DNA from: Candidatus Zixiibacteriota bacterium
GTDB taxonomy: Bacteria; Zixibacteria; MSB-5A5; UBA10806; 4484-95
Assembly: GCA_029932605.1 (NCBI GenBank)
Contig: JAOZPT010000031.1
Location: 1-28,902, forward strand
Reading direction: 5' to 3'
DNA: 28,902 nt
Positions 16,971-26,279 of this stretch are shown one piece after another; position 1 is the first letter of the stretch, and each line of letters opens with the position of its first letter. A program made the position numbers and the translations under genes. Under the pieces are notes generated by a model. That model saw nothing but the letters and a program-made list of their open reading frames with translations. It did no database searches and was not told the DNA's origin.

Positions 16971-17864
16971 GTGAAGAATTTAATTGAGCTATATCTTGAG
17001 GGTTTAAGGTTGGAGAAGGGGGCCTCGTTAAATAGCATCGAGGCTTATGATCATGACCTGAAACGTTTTGCTATGCATTTTAGGAACAAGAGAATTACAG
17101 AAATATCATCGGTGGATCTTACAGATTATCTGATTACACTTCAGCAAAAAGGTTTATCCTCTGGAACAATTTCTCGGAATCTCAGTGCTATTAAAGGCTT
17201 ATTTCGTTTTGCTGTGCGCAATGGTATTGTTAAATCGAGTCCTGCTGATGTTATAGTTGGACCGAAAATTTACCGACCATTGCCCGAAACTTTAACTGTG
17301 GAGCAAATTGTTAAGGTGCTATCAATGCCGGACCAGACCACGACTCTTGGACTTCGCGATAAGGCTTTCCTTGAATTTCTTTATGGCTCAGGCGCCAGGG
17401 TATCAGAGGCTTTAAACTGCAAAAGAGCTGATTTGATGCCCGAAATGATGCTTGTAAGATTATATGGAAAAGGTCGAAAAGAAAGAGTGGTTCCTCTGGG
17501 AAAAGTTGGCTGGCTGGTGATTGAAATGTATCTAAAGAAATCAAGGCCGGTTTTAACCAATGAAAAAAGCGCTGATTATCTTTTCCTTGGCAAACGTGGC
17601 AATCCACTCAGGCGAATGGCTGGTTGGAGGATAGTGAAAAAATACTGTATGCTTGCCGGTATCACTAAAAATGTTTCACCACATACATTCCGTCACAGTT
17701 TTGCCAGCCATCTTTTAATGGGTGGTGCTGATTTATTAGCAGTGCAGGAATTACTTGGACATGCCGATATATCGACAACGGAGATATATACTCACCTTGA
17801 TCGTGATTTTGTTATCTCCGAGCACCGGGAGTTCCATCCGAGGGAGAAATGGAGCAACATTTAA
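16971..17864 (+). CDS. xerD: Site-specific tyrosine recombinase XerD
   Basis: 'LRLEKGASLNSIEAY..DL', 'ARVSE', 'GKGRKERVVP', 'SPHTFRHSFASHLL.GGADL..VQELLGHADISTTEIYTH', C-terminal 'HPR'. Start moved to GTG 16971. Confidence 0.92.
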   Translation: MKNLIELYLEGLRLEKGASLNSIEAYDHDLKRFAMHFRNKRITEISSVDLTDYLITLQQKGLSSGTISRNLSAIKGLFRFAVRNGIVKSSPADVIVGPKIYRPLPETLTVEQIVKVLSMPDQTTTLGLRDKAFLEFLYGSGARVSEALNCKRADLMPEMMLVRLYGKGRKERVVPLGKVGWLVIEMYLKKSRPVLTNEKSADYLFLGKRGNPLRRMAGWRIVKKYCMLAGITKNVSPHTFRHSFASHLLMGGADLLAVQELLGHADISTTEIYTHLDRDFVISEHREFHPREKWSNI

Positions 17865-18838
17865 GCGTTGAAAAAGCCGAAGCATCTCGGCGAAAAACCA
17901 TAGGAACAACGAGGTTTCACTGCGCCTTAATTCAGGTGGGAACAGCAGTGGAGGAAAGGATACTTCGCTCAATAAAGTCGCATGATGTTGTAATCCATCA
18001 TTTTAAAACCTTTTCAGAACTATACACGCACTCCCAGAGGGTGATTTTGGATATGATAGTCATTGCCAGCAGTGGCTCTACAGATTGGATAATGGAGCTT
18101 ATTCCACTTATAAAACGTGACTCTACGCTACAGTTTATACCAATTGTGCTTTTCCACCCGTCACCGGAGAAGCAGATGGTTATTGAGGCTTATAGAAACG
18201 GGGTTGATGAATTTATCACTAACTTCTGGGATTACGAACTTGTCAGGGCCAAGATGGAAATGCTTGTTAACCGTTCAAGGCGGGACCTTGGTGTAAATCC
18301 CACCACCAAACTCCCTGGCCCAGCTGCCATCGAACGAGAAATAGAAATGAGATTTAAAGGCGGTGAAGACTTTGCCGTATGTTACGCTGACCTTGATAAT
18401 TTTAAGGCATTCAACGATTATTATGGATATATATATGGTGATAAAATAATTTTTATGACATCTCATATAATACGTAACACCGTGCACGACCTTGTTGAAA
18501 ATGGTTTTGTTGGACATATAGGTGGCGATGATTTTGTATTTATCATCCCTTTTACCAAGGTTGATATAGTTTGCAGTAATATAATTTCAACATTTGATAA
18601 GATGATACCTTTCCGCTATGAAGAAAAGGACCGCGAACGAGGATATATCGATGTAGCCAACAGGCGTGGCCAGATGGAGCGATTTCCAATAATGACCATT
18701 TCGATAGCTGTATTGTTGAATCATAGGCATACATTTACACATGTGGGGGAGATGTCGCACATGATGGCCGATTTGAAGAAATATACTAAGACCCTTCCCG
18801 GTTCTAATTACATGATTGAGCGACGTAAGAAGTATTAG
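17849..18838 (+). CDS. Receiver-like plus GGDEF-domain protein (putative diguanylate cyclase)
   Basis: 'NPTTKLPG', 'YADLDNFKAFNDYYG...GD', 'GHIGGDDF', 'TISIA'; degenerate REC N-terminus; overlaps xerD by 16 nt. Confidence 0.88.
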   Translation: MEQHLSVEKAEASRRKTIGTTRFHCALIQVGTAVEERILRSIKSHDVVIHHFKTFSELYTHSQRVILDMIVIASSGSTDWIMELIPLIKRDSTLQFIPIVLFHPSPEKQMVIEAYRNGVDEFITNFWDYELVRAKMEMLVNRSRRDLGVNPTTKLPGPAAIEREIEMRFKGGEDFAVCYADLDNFKAFNDYYGYIYGDKIIFMTSHIIRNTVHDLVENGFVGHIGGDDFVFIIPFTKVDIVCSNIISTFDKMIPFRYEEKDRERGYIDVANRRGQMERFPIMTISIAVLLNHRHTFTHVGEMSHMMADLKKYTKTLPGSNYMIERRKKY

Positions 18839-18876
18839 GGATATACTATTATCATTTTTTAAAAGATTCAGGATTT

Positions 18877-19356
18877 TTAATTTTCAAACTGATTTATAAC
18901 AGTATAATCTTTGGTTCTTTTGTAATAGTCATCTAGGATCGGTGGTTGATGAGATGATAACAGTGTTACTTTCATCACTGTTTCAAGTTTTGATGAGTAG
19001 CTTTTGCCACCATCACCATCATAAAAACCGGTAGATATAATATGGACTGTGGAATCTGAAAGGTTGAGATTCTCCCAGGTGACCTCAAATTTACCGCCAT
19101 TGACATAAAACTGACGGGGAAGAGAACCGCTCTGGGTGCGGCCATGGCACTCGATATGCCCCTTGGCAGCCTGTATGCCGGCATAAGCTGCCTGTTCGGC
19201 CTTGGTGATGGGATTGTTATCAAAAGCAACCTCAGTATTACGCCCTGTAGTTATTGTGGCAATCGAGATTCCGCCAGCTAAAAATATGGCGAAAAGGGCG
19301 AAAATCATCACGATACTATCGCTTCGATTTTTTGTTCTGTCAACAATTCGTGGCAT
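18877..19356 (-). CDS. PilX-N-like (minor pilin/pseudopilin-like) membrane-anchored protein
   Basis: Basic N-terminus, one TM helix, 'KAEQAAYAGIQAA' (cf. PilX A..AAE.G[LI]) and later 'IISTG'. Confidence 0.6.
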   Translation of the reverse strand: MPRIVDRTKNRSDSIVMIFALFAIFLAGGISIATITTGRNTEVAFDNNPITKAEQAAYAGIQAAKGHIECHGRTQSGSLPRQFYVNGGKFEVTWENLNLSDSTVHIISTGFYDGDGGKSYSSKLETVMKVTLLSSHQPPILDDYYKRTKDYTVINQFEN

Positions 19357-19482
19357 AAAACACTGAATTCCTTGTGCAATATTGTGAATATTTTTGCATC
19401 AGGGCTTAACTGCTTTAAGGCATACAACCGTTTGTGGCACAACCTTAAAGCTAAAGCCTTTGTATTTCCGTATGGTATAATA

Positions 19483-19498
19483 GGCAAAGTCGATGCCT
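19483..19498 (-). promoter_or_regulatory. sigma54 promoter of the PilX-like gene
   Basis: Minus strand AGGCAT-CGACT-TTGCC with GG-N10-GC spacing; predicted start ~19472. Confidence 0.55.
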
Positions 19499-19595
19499 GA
19501 TAATGCGAATATTTGAGTGATTTTTTAACGATAAAATCTGGTTTTTAGACTAAAACTGCTACATCGAATTCAAAGAATAAATTAGAAGATTTATC

Positions 19596-19625
19596 TTGAC
19601 ATTTTTTTTGCTCAGTCAGTATTTT
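19596..19625 (+). promoter_or_regulatory. sigma70-type promoter
   Basis: TTGACA, 18-nt spacer, TATTTT upstream of 19772. Confidence 0.4.
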
Positions 19626-19771
19626 TAAAACGAGAAATAGTATTAGTGTTTAGCATGATATCGTTTTACTAAAGATTCATAAGCGGGGCTATGGGATGTT
19701 GTGTTAAATATCCAGTATGTTCACCTGATTTAATTAGGTTTAAATAAGCTATCAAACAGGAGGTTTTGAAT

Positions 19772-20614
19772 ATGAGAAGGTATTCATGGATGGTTGTTTT
19801 AGTGTTTTTATTATCATCAATTAATGTCGTTGCTCAGGATCCGGGTGAGCCGGATACAGTTTTTGTCCAGTCCGACATCTATGTCGATTACAATCCGGGT
19901 GAGTGGACCTATGTTTATGTAGATATTGATTTTTCTCTCGATAATGTCATAGGGTTTTTAAATATTCCTCTAACATGGAACAGTTCAGATGGCAATATTT
20001 GGCCAGACAGTGTAATATGGCGTGATTGGTTTATTTATTGGATAACATATGATACAATTCTTTTTGAGGAACAGTTAATCAGGATAGTAGCTTGGTTCGA
20101 TATTGGTGGGCATCCTGTTTATTGTGAACGAGTAAATGTCATCGATTTACGTTTTCTTATATCTCCTTATGCCGAAGAGCAGTATGTTTTAATTGATACT
20201 ACATTTGATCCAAGACATGGTAGCCTGATTTTTGGTGATACATTGGGAGAGGTTGAATATACTCCCATATTTTATTCCGGTGGATTTACTTATGGCGAAC
20301 TAACCGGAACAGATGAAAATGACTTGCCAATTCCCAAGAGTTATAATCTATACCAGAACCATCCCAACCCATTCAACACCAACACATTAATAAGATATGA
20401 CCTGCCCCAAGACTGTTTTGTCAGAATAGAAGTGTATGACATTCTCGGACAACGAGTTAGAACGCTTGTGAAAGATTTTCAGCAGGCTGGAGCTTATAAT
20501 GTTGTTTGGGATGGAAAGACCGAGAGTGGTGATAACGTCCCATCGGGTATCTACTTCTACAGGTTGATATCGGATTTCTACGAAGATGCGAAAAAAATGG
20601 TGCTTGTGCGCTAA
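19772..20614 (+). CDS. Secreted cohesin-like beta-sandwich protein with T9SS/FlgD-Ig tail
   Basis: SD AGGAGG (19758-19763) favours ATG 19772; signal peptide ending VVA-QDPGEPD; tail 'QNHPNPFN...WDGKTESGDNVPSGIYFYRL...KKMVLVR'. Confidence 0.82.
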   Translation: MRRYSWMVVLVFLLSSINVVAQDPGEPDTVFVQSDIYVDYNPGEWTYVYVDIDFSLDNVIGFLNIPLTWNSSDGNIWPDSVIWRDWFIYWITYDTILFEEQLIRIVAWFDIGGHPVYCERVNVIDLRFLISPYAEEQYVLIDTTFDPRHGSLIFGDTLGEVEYTPIFYSGGFTYGELTGTDENDLPIPKSYNLYQNHPNPFNTNTLIRYDLPQDCFVRIEVYDILGQRVRTLVKDFQQAGAYNVVWDGKTESGDNVPSGIYFYRLISDFYEDAKKMVLVR

Positions 20615-20782
20615 AAGGCAAGCATATTACGTGAAAAAAATCCTTGTGTTTTATTTAGATATACATATATTTATTTAAAGGTGTAAAATTGGAAAAAACC
20701 TGAATTTGTGTTTTAGCAATTTTCATTTAATGGGGTGAGCTAACAGTTACTGAAATTTAGAATATTATAGGCCGGAGGAGAT

Positions 20783-21625
20783 ATGTATAAGATTATGAAG
20801 ATATCAATGGTTTTAGTGATATTTATGTCAGTGGTTATATTTGCACAGGATCCCGGCAACCCTGATAGTCTGATAATAGGTGTTGTTGAGGTTCCAGAGG
20901 GGGCTCCATCGGTTATGGTGCCTGTTTATGTTGTAACTGATGACTCGGTAGCTCAATTTATATTACCTATACAATGGAGTTCGACAGATGGCCAGGTTCA
21001 TCCGGCGGGAGTTTATTATTTCAATCAATTATTGCTCTGGGATGAGGTAAACGATTCAATCGATATCGATAATAACCATCTTTTAATTACCGGAGTCCAT
21101 GACACCGGTGGGGATGAAAACCCTGTGCTGTTAACGGATTACCAGCGTTTGGTGGTTATGAGAATTCGTATTGTTATTCATCCTGATGCAGTCGACCAAT
21201 TTGTGCCAATAAGCACATATGTTGACCCCTTTTATGGACCGGCTGTATTTGGCCTTGTAGATGGCAGCACAAGTTTCTCGCCAACCATTATAGATGGCGG
21301 TGTAACCTATGGACAGGTCGGGATTGACGATAAGCAAACGCTTCCCTCGGATTTTACTTTAAACCAGAACTATCCCAACCCGTTTAATATGGAAACCGAA
21401 ATAGGCTTTTCTGTACCCTCTCGAAGTTTTGTGACGCTTGAGATTTATGACCTTCTGGGAAGGAAAGTCAATACACTTGTCTTGGGCAATCTCGAGGCCG
21501 GCTATTACTCCGCCACCTGGGATGGCTCTGACCGGCAGGGGAACCCCGTATCATCCGGCTTATATTTCTATACCCTGAAATCCGGCGATGTCAAGCTCTC
21601 CCGGAAAATGGTGATGTTGAAGTAA
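20783..21625 (+). CDS. Secreted cohesin-like protein with T9SS/FlgD-Ig tail (paralog of the previous gene)
   Basis: SD GGAGGAG; IFA-QDPGNPD; 'PIQWSSTDGQVHP' vs 'PLTWNSSDGNIWP' in the paralog; tail 'QNYPNPFN...SGLYFY...RKMVMLK'. Confidence 0.85.
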   Translation: MYKIMKISMVLVIFMSVVIFAQDPGNPDSLIIGVVEVPEGAPSVMVPVYVVTDDSVAQFILPIQWSSTDGQVHPAGVYYFNQLLLWDEVNDSIDIDNNHLLITGVHDTGGDENPVLLTDYQRLVVMRIRIVIHPDAVDQFVPISTYVDPFYGPAVFGLVDGSTSFSPTIIDGGVTYGQVGIDDKQTLPSDFTLNQNYPNPFNMETEIGFSVPSRSFVTLEIYDLLGRKVNTLVLGNLEAGYYSATWDGSDRQGNPVSSGLYFYTLKSGDVKLSRKMVMLK

Positions 21626-21733
21626 GCTTTAGTTTTAGTTATATAAACCTACTATATCAAATCGGATTTACAAAATTATTTTATCTTAACCCCGAATTTG
21701 CTGTTTTGTAATTTAGCGATTGTTACATATCAC

Positions 21734-22462
21734 TTAAACCACAAATGCCGCCAGTATATCCTGCAGGGCGTGGGCGATGATGCATGGCACCAAAGAGCCA
21801 CGGGCAATAAACAACAATGAAAACAAAAGCCCATAAATACCGATTACAGCCACACCGGCCCAGCCCTGATAAAGATGTCCTAATCCGAAACTTACAGCTC
21901 CCAGAATAGCTCCGGGCCAGACCGAGCCTGTAAGTATGGCAAGCCTGGTGATGACAAAACCACGGAAACACAGCTCCTCGGTTACACCAGCAATAAGCGA
22001 TAACATAATCCAGAAAACCTTTTCTTCAGGCGAGCGGGGTAAAAGGTAGGTTATATCCTCCGCTCGGAATATGCCGTAGTAGTCGATTATGTTGGAGATG
22101 ATATTCAGTATAATAAGCGCTGTAAACAGGAACATGATACCGATAGCTAAATTAAGGAGGTTAAAATCTTTCGGCTTTATACCGATTCCGGCGATGTTGC
22201 TTAGATTAATCTGGCCATCTGCTGTTTTTGTCGTTGCCCAGATGATAACAAGAAAAACCAACGTCTGGATTAATATCGCTGGTATGTACACCTGGCTGAT
22301 GCGGGATTGGATAACCGTTTCTGAGGGTGGGTTGATATAATTTAACAACCACGATATAAGTGGATATCCGAATAGAATAACGGCCAATATCACTTGCTGT
22401 GCCTTGGGAAGCTTTCTATCATTTGGAGAAATAGTAGCCCGGGTTTCATTGTTGTATTGCAT
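21734..22462 (-). CDS. CPBP (CAAX/Abi) family intramembrane metalloprotease
   Basis: 'EELCFRG', 'FGLGHLYQG', 'HALQD'; multi-TM. Confidence 0.93.
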   Translation of the reverse strand: MQYNNETRATISPNDRKLPKAQQVILAVILFGYPLISWLLNYINPPSETVIQSRISQVYIPAILIQTLVFLVIIWATTKTADGQINLSNIAGIGIKPKDFNLLNLAIGIMFLFTALIILNIISNIIDYYGIFRAEDITYLLPRSPEEKVFWIMLSLIAGVTEELCFRGFVITRLAILTGSVWPGAILGAVSFGLGHLYQGWAGVAVIGIYGLLFSLLFIARGSLVPCIIAHALQDILAAFVV

Positions 22463-22508
22463 GATGGTTAATATTATATTCTGATTTGTTTATCGGAAAG
22501 GAGTTTTT

Positions 22509-23285
22509 GTGGTTTTACCGATAAAAAGGACGATTATTTACGGGCCGATCAACTCTCGCAGACTCGGTTTTTCTCTTGGCATAAACCTGACACCCCAGGG
22601 TAAAAAATATTGCGATTTCGACTGTCTTTACTGTCACTATGGAAAGACCGAATATCATAAGCTTAATCCTGACGATGATGATATTTTTCCTGAGATGGAG
22701 AATGTCCTGACCGAGATTGAGATGGCACTGAGATCGGATGTTGAGTTTAGTTATCTGACCTTTTCTGGTAACGGTGAACCGACTTTGTATCCGCGGTTTA
22801 AAGAGCTAACATATGAGGTAAACAGATTGGCTAGAAAAATAAGGCCATATGTAAAAGTGACACTTCTATCAAATTCCTCGACCTGCAGGAGGAATTCTTT
22901 TATCAAGTCTTTGGAATATATCGACCTGCCGATCATGAAGCTTGATGTGGGAAATCCGTCGCTGTTTAAGAGAATAAACAGGCCGGTTGAGGATCTCGAC
23001 TTTTATGAAATCGTCGATGGCCTTGTTGATTTACCGAATATCACGATCCAGAGTCTTTTTCTTGAGGGCGACCCTGATAACACTACTGATAAAGCATTAA
23101 ATGATTGGTTTACCTGCCTGCAGAAGATTAGACCGCAACATATACAAATTTATACACTCGATAGGCCGTTTGCCGACAAGGATAGGTATGGCCTTGTCCA
23201 GATAAAAAAGGCGCCAGAGGAAAAAATGGTTAAGGTAGTAGAAACCGGTAGAGAACGATTTGGGTTTAAGATGGATAGATATTGA
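22509..23285 (+). CDS. Radical SAM protein (COG0731/Tyw1-like Fe-S oxidoreductase family)
   Basis: 'IYGPINSRRLGFSLGINL', CxxxCxxC 'CDFDCLYC', 'TFSGNGEPTLYP'; SD AAGGAG before GTG. Confidence 0.9.
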   Translation: MVLPIKRTIIYGPINSRRLGFSLGINLTPQGKKYCDFDCLYCHYGKTEYHKLNPDDDDIFPEMENVLTEIEMALRSDVEFSYLTFSGNGEPTLYPRFKELTYEVNRLARKIRPYVKVTLLSNSSTCRRNSFIKSLEYIDLPIMKLDVGNPSLFKRINRPVEDLDFYEIVDGLVDLPNITIQSLFLEGDPDNTTDKALNDWFTCLQKIRPQHIQIYTLDRPFADKDRYGLVQIKKAPEEKMVKVVETGRERFGFKMDRY

Positions 23286-23570
23286 AGCTGAAGGGATAGA
23301 GATTACTTCTATCTCTATTGTGATATAATGACGTCGAGCTTCTTCCGTTGGTTGAGATCCGATTTCCTTTTTTGAAAACTTTTATAATATAGTAACTATA
23401 TTCTATCCTCGAATTCATACTAAAGTGTAAAAGGCCATTAACCATATCAAATATATTGCTAATTAGTCCTGAATATTTATATATTGTAACTTGATTTTAA
23501 TATTGCCTGTATTATAAGGGCAATTGTAAGATGGATACAATTATTTTCGATTAAAAAGAAAAGGATTTTA

Positions 23571-24410
23571 ATGAAACTGGGTGATGTTGAACTTATTTCG
23601 ATATTCGAAAATTACTTCAAGCTTGACGGCGGAGCCATGTTTGGAGTTGTTCCCAAAGTTTTGTGGAACAAGCTCTGTCCGTCTAATGATAACAACTTAA
23701 TCAGGCTCGACTTAAACCCGTTAATCATCAAAACGGGCAAGGAGATACTTGTTGTCGATTCTGGTTTCGGTGATGTTTTAAACGAGCGCCAGCTTAAGAT
23801 ATATAACCTCGGTGGACCAACTCGCTGGGATGGCGAGCTTAAGAAAAATGGCCTTAAACCTGAAGATATCACCGGTGTGATATTTAGCCATGCTCATGCC
23901 GACCATGCCATGGGTGCTTTGAAAAAGGGAAAGGATAATTCTCTCCAACTTCGCTTTCCCAATGCGAGATATTATATTCAGAAAAGGGAGTGGCAAGATG
24001 CGATGAATCCCAACGAGCGGACTGCCGCCACTTATCTGGTTGATAACCTTCATGTTTTAGAGGAGTCGGGGAAACTTGAGCTTTTAGATGGCGATACTGA
24101 ACTTTTCCATGGTATCAGTGTTAAGGTTATTGGTGGCCATACTCCTGGTATGCAGGCAGTAATTATAGATGCTGGCGGGCAGCGTGTTATTTATCCGGCT
24201 GACCTTATGCCAATGACGGCCCATATCAGAGTGGCTTATGTGCCGGCGGTAGACCTTGACCCGATTACAACGATGAAACAAAAGCGCTGGTTACATGAAA
24301 AGATGCTCAGAGAGGATTGGGTCCTAGCCTTCGACCATGATGTTGATATCAAGTTTGCCAAATTTAAAGAGGATGAAAAGGGGAAAGTTGTAGCGGTCAA
24401 GTTTGGATAG
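23571..24410 (+). CDS. MBL-fold metallo-hydrolase, YtnP-like
   Basis: 'FKLDGGAMFGVVPKVLW', 'SHAHADH', 'GGHTPG', 'ADLMP', 'FDHD'. Confidence 0.9.
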   Translation: MKLGDVELISIFENYFKLDGGAMFGVVPKVLWNKLCPSNDNNLIRLDLNPLIIKTGKEILVVDSGFGDVLNERQLKIYNLGGPTRWDGELKKNGLKPEDITGVIFSHAHADHAMGALKKGKDNSLQLRFPNARYYIQKREWQDAMNPNERTAATYLVDNLHVLEESGKLELLDGDTELFHGISVKVIGGHTPGMQAVIIDAGGQRVIYPADLMPMTAHIRVAYVPAVDLDPITTMKQKRWLHEKMLREDWVLAFDHDVDIKFAKFKEDEKGKVVAVKFG

Positions 24411-24502
24411 AAATATCAGGGTTTAAAAGCCAGTGTAATGTTGATTTGGTGATAAGTGTTTTTTAGAGGTGAAATAAATATAAGACTTAGCAGGGTATAG
24501 CC

Positions 24503-26053
24503 GTGAATATTGAAGAAAAACTTAAAAAGTTACAAGAGATGCGTAAAGCCGCTAAACTTGGTGGTGGTCAGAAAAGAATTGATGCTCAGCATAAAAAAGG
24601 TAAACTCACTGCACGTGAAAGGATTGACCTTCTTTTAGATGATAATTCATTTGAGGAGTTCGATATGTTTGTTACCCATCGGACTAAAGAATTTGGCCTT
24701 GAAAAGGAGAAATATCTTGGTGATGGTGTGGTTACCGGTTATGGTACAATAGACGGTCGGTTGATGTTTGTTTTCAGCCAGGATTTCACAGTTTTCGGTG
24801 GAACGCTTTCAGAGGCTTTTGCCGAGAAAATTTGCAAGATTATGGATATGGCTGCAAAAGTTGGTGCACCGGTAATAGGATTGAACGACTCAGGAGGTGC
24901 TCGTATTCAGGAGGGTGTTGTTTCTTTAGGTGGTTATGCCGATATCTTCCTGCGCAATACAATATTTTCGGGTGTTATTCCCCAGATATCGGTTGTTCTT
25001 GGACCATGTGCGGGAGGTGCCGTTTATTCACCAGCGATAACCGATTTTACTATTATGGTCAAGGGAACATCATTTATGTTTGTCACCGGACCTAATGTGG
25101 TGAAAACAGTCACTCACGAGGAAGTGTCGTTTGATGAACTGGGTGGCGCCAATGTGCATGCCTCGAAATCTGGAGTTTCCCATTTCGCTTGCGAAAACGA
25201 GGTGGAGGCTTTGCAGGTTACACGCAAGCTTTTAGGTTTTTTACCATTAAACAATCTCGATGACCCGCCGGTTGTTGAATGCACTGACCCGGTCGATAGG
25301 ACCGACAAAGCATTAAATACAGTCGTACCGGAAAATCCGAATAAGCCCTATGATATAAAGGATGTTATTTTGAAGGTTGCCGATGATGGCGACTTTCTGG
25401 AGGTTCATTCTGATTATGCCATGAATATAGTCGTTGGTTTTGCCCGACTTGGCGGGCAACCTGTGGGTATTGTCGCTAATCAACCAGCTTATCTGGCAGG
25501 GGTTCTTGATATCGATAGCTCTATCAAAGGCGCTCGATTCGTTCGATTTTGCGATTGTTTTAATATACCTCTTATTACCTTCGAGGACGTACCCGGATTT
25601 TTGCCAGGCACTATCCAAGAACATGGCGGTATTATCAAACATGGTGCCAAATTGCTATATGCTTTCTGTGAGGCTACTGTTCCCAAAATTACTGTCATTA
25701 CCCGCAAAGCTTACGGTGGAGCGTATGATGTTATGTCATCCAAACATATTCGTGGCGATATTAACTACGCCTGGCCTACTGCCGAGATAGCAGTCATGGG
25801 TCCCAAGGGCGCGGCTGAAATTATCTTCAAAAAAGAGATCGTTGCTGCCGAGGACCCGGAGGCTTATCTTAAACAAAAAGAGGAAGAGTACCGCCAGCTG
25901 TTCGCCTCGCCCTTTAAAGCGGCTGAAAGAGGATATATCGACGATGTAATAATACCGGAGAATACACGTCCGCGTTTGATAAAGGCATTAAGAATGCTTG
26001 ATACTAAAAAAGATACCAATCCGCCAAAGAAACATGGGAATATACCTCTGTAA
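24503..26053 (+). CDS. pccB: Acyl-CoA (propionyl/methylmalonyl-CoA) carboxylase, carboxyltransferase beta subunit
   Basis: 'GKLTARERI', 'QDFTVFGG', '[10 protein letters not shown]', '[12 protein letters not shown]', 'DVPGFLPG', 'RKAYGGAY', 'KKHGNIPL'. Confidence 0.93.
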   Translation: MNIEEKLKKLQEMRKAAKLGGGQKRIDAQHKKGKLTARERIDLLLDDNSFEEFDMFVTHRTKEFGLEKEKYLGDGVVTGYGTIDGRLMFVFSQDFTVFGGTLSEAFAEKICKIMDMAAKVGAPVIGLNDSGGARIQEGVVSLGGYADIFLRNTIFSGVIPQISVVLGPCAGGAVYSPAITDFTIMVKGTSFMFVTGPNVVKTVTHEEVSFDELGGANVHASKSGVSHFACENEVEALQVTRKLLGFLPLNNLDDPPVVECTDPVDRTDKALNTVVPENPNKPYDIKDVILKVADDGDFLEVHSDYAMNIVVGFARLGGQPVGIVANQPAYLAGVLDIDSSIKGARFVRFCDCFNIPLITFEDVPGFLPGTIQEHGGIIKHGAKLLYAFCEATVPKITVITRKAYGGAYDVMSSKHIRGDINYAWPTAEIAVMGPKGAAEIIFKKEIVAAEDPEAYLKQKEEEYRQLFASPFKAAERGYIDDVIIPENTRPRLIKALRMLDTKKDTNPPKKHGNIPL

Positions 26054-26279
26054 GGATAATGGTCGTTACCAGTCAGAAATAACTTTTTACCGCACATGGT
26101 TTGGCTTCGTATTGCATCTGGTTATGTTTAAAGACGCACTTGGCTTATGATAATATTTGACTTCAGACATATTTTACCTAACCTGATTTTAATGGGGGTC
26201 ATTATATTTTCAGTTCGTTTTTTATTGCTCTATTCGAAATTCTATATATATTTTAGCATAATGGATAAGCAATCCGGAG

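Noticed and set aside
16971..17864. Tyrosine recombinase as a prophage or island integrase
   Set aside because: XerD-like size and motifs; no att repeats, tRNA or mobile cargo seen.
17849..18838. Hypr-type (3',3'-cGAMP) GGDEF
   Set aside because: The guanine-specifying Asp is retained ('YGDKII'), not replaced by Ser.
23296..23318. ATAGAGAT-N7-ATCTCTAT hairpin after the radical SAM gene
   Set aside because: AT-rich stem without a T-tract; too weak to call a terminator.
26102..26116. sigma54-like TGGCTTCGTATTGCA
   Set aside because: GG-to-GC spacing is 9 nt, not the required 10.
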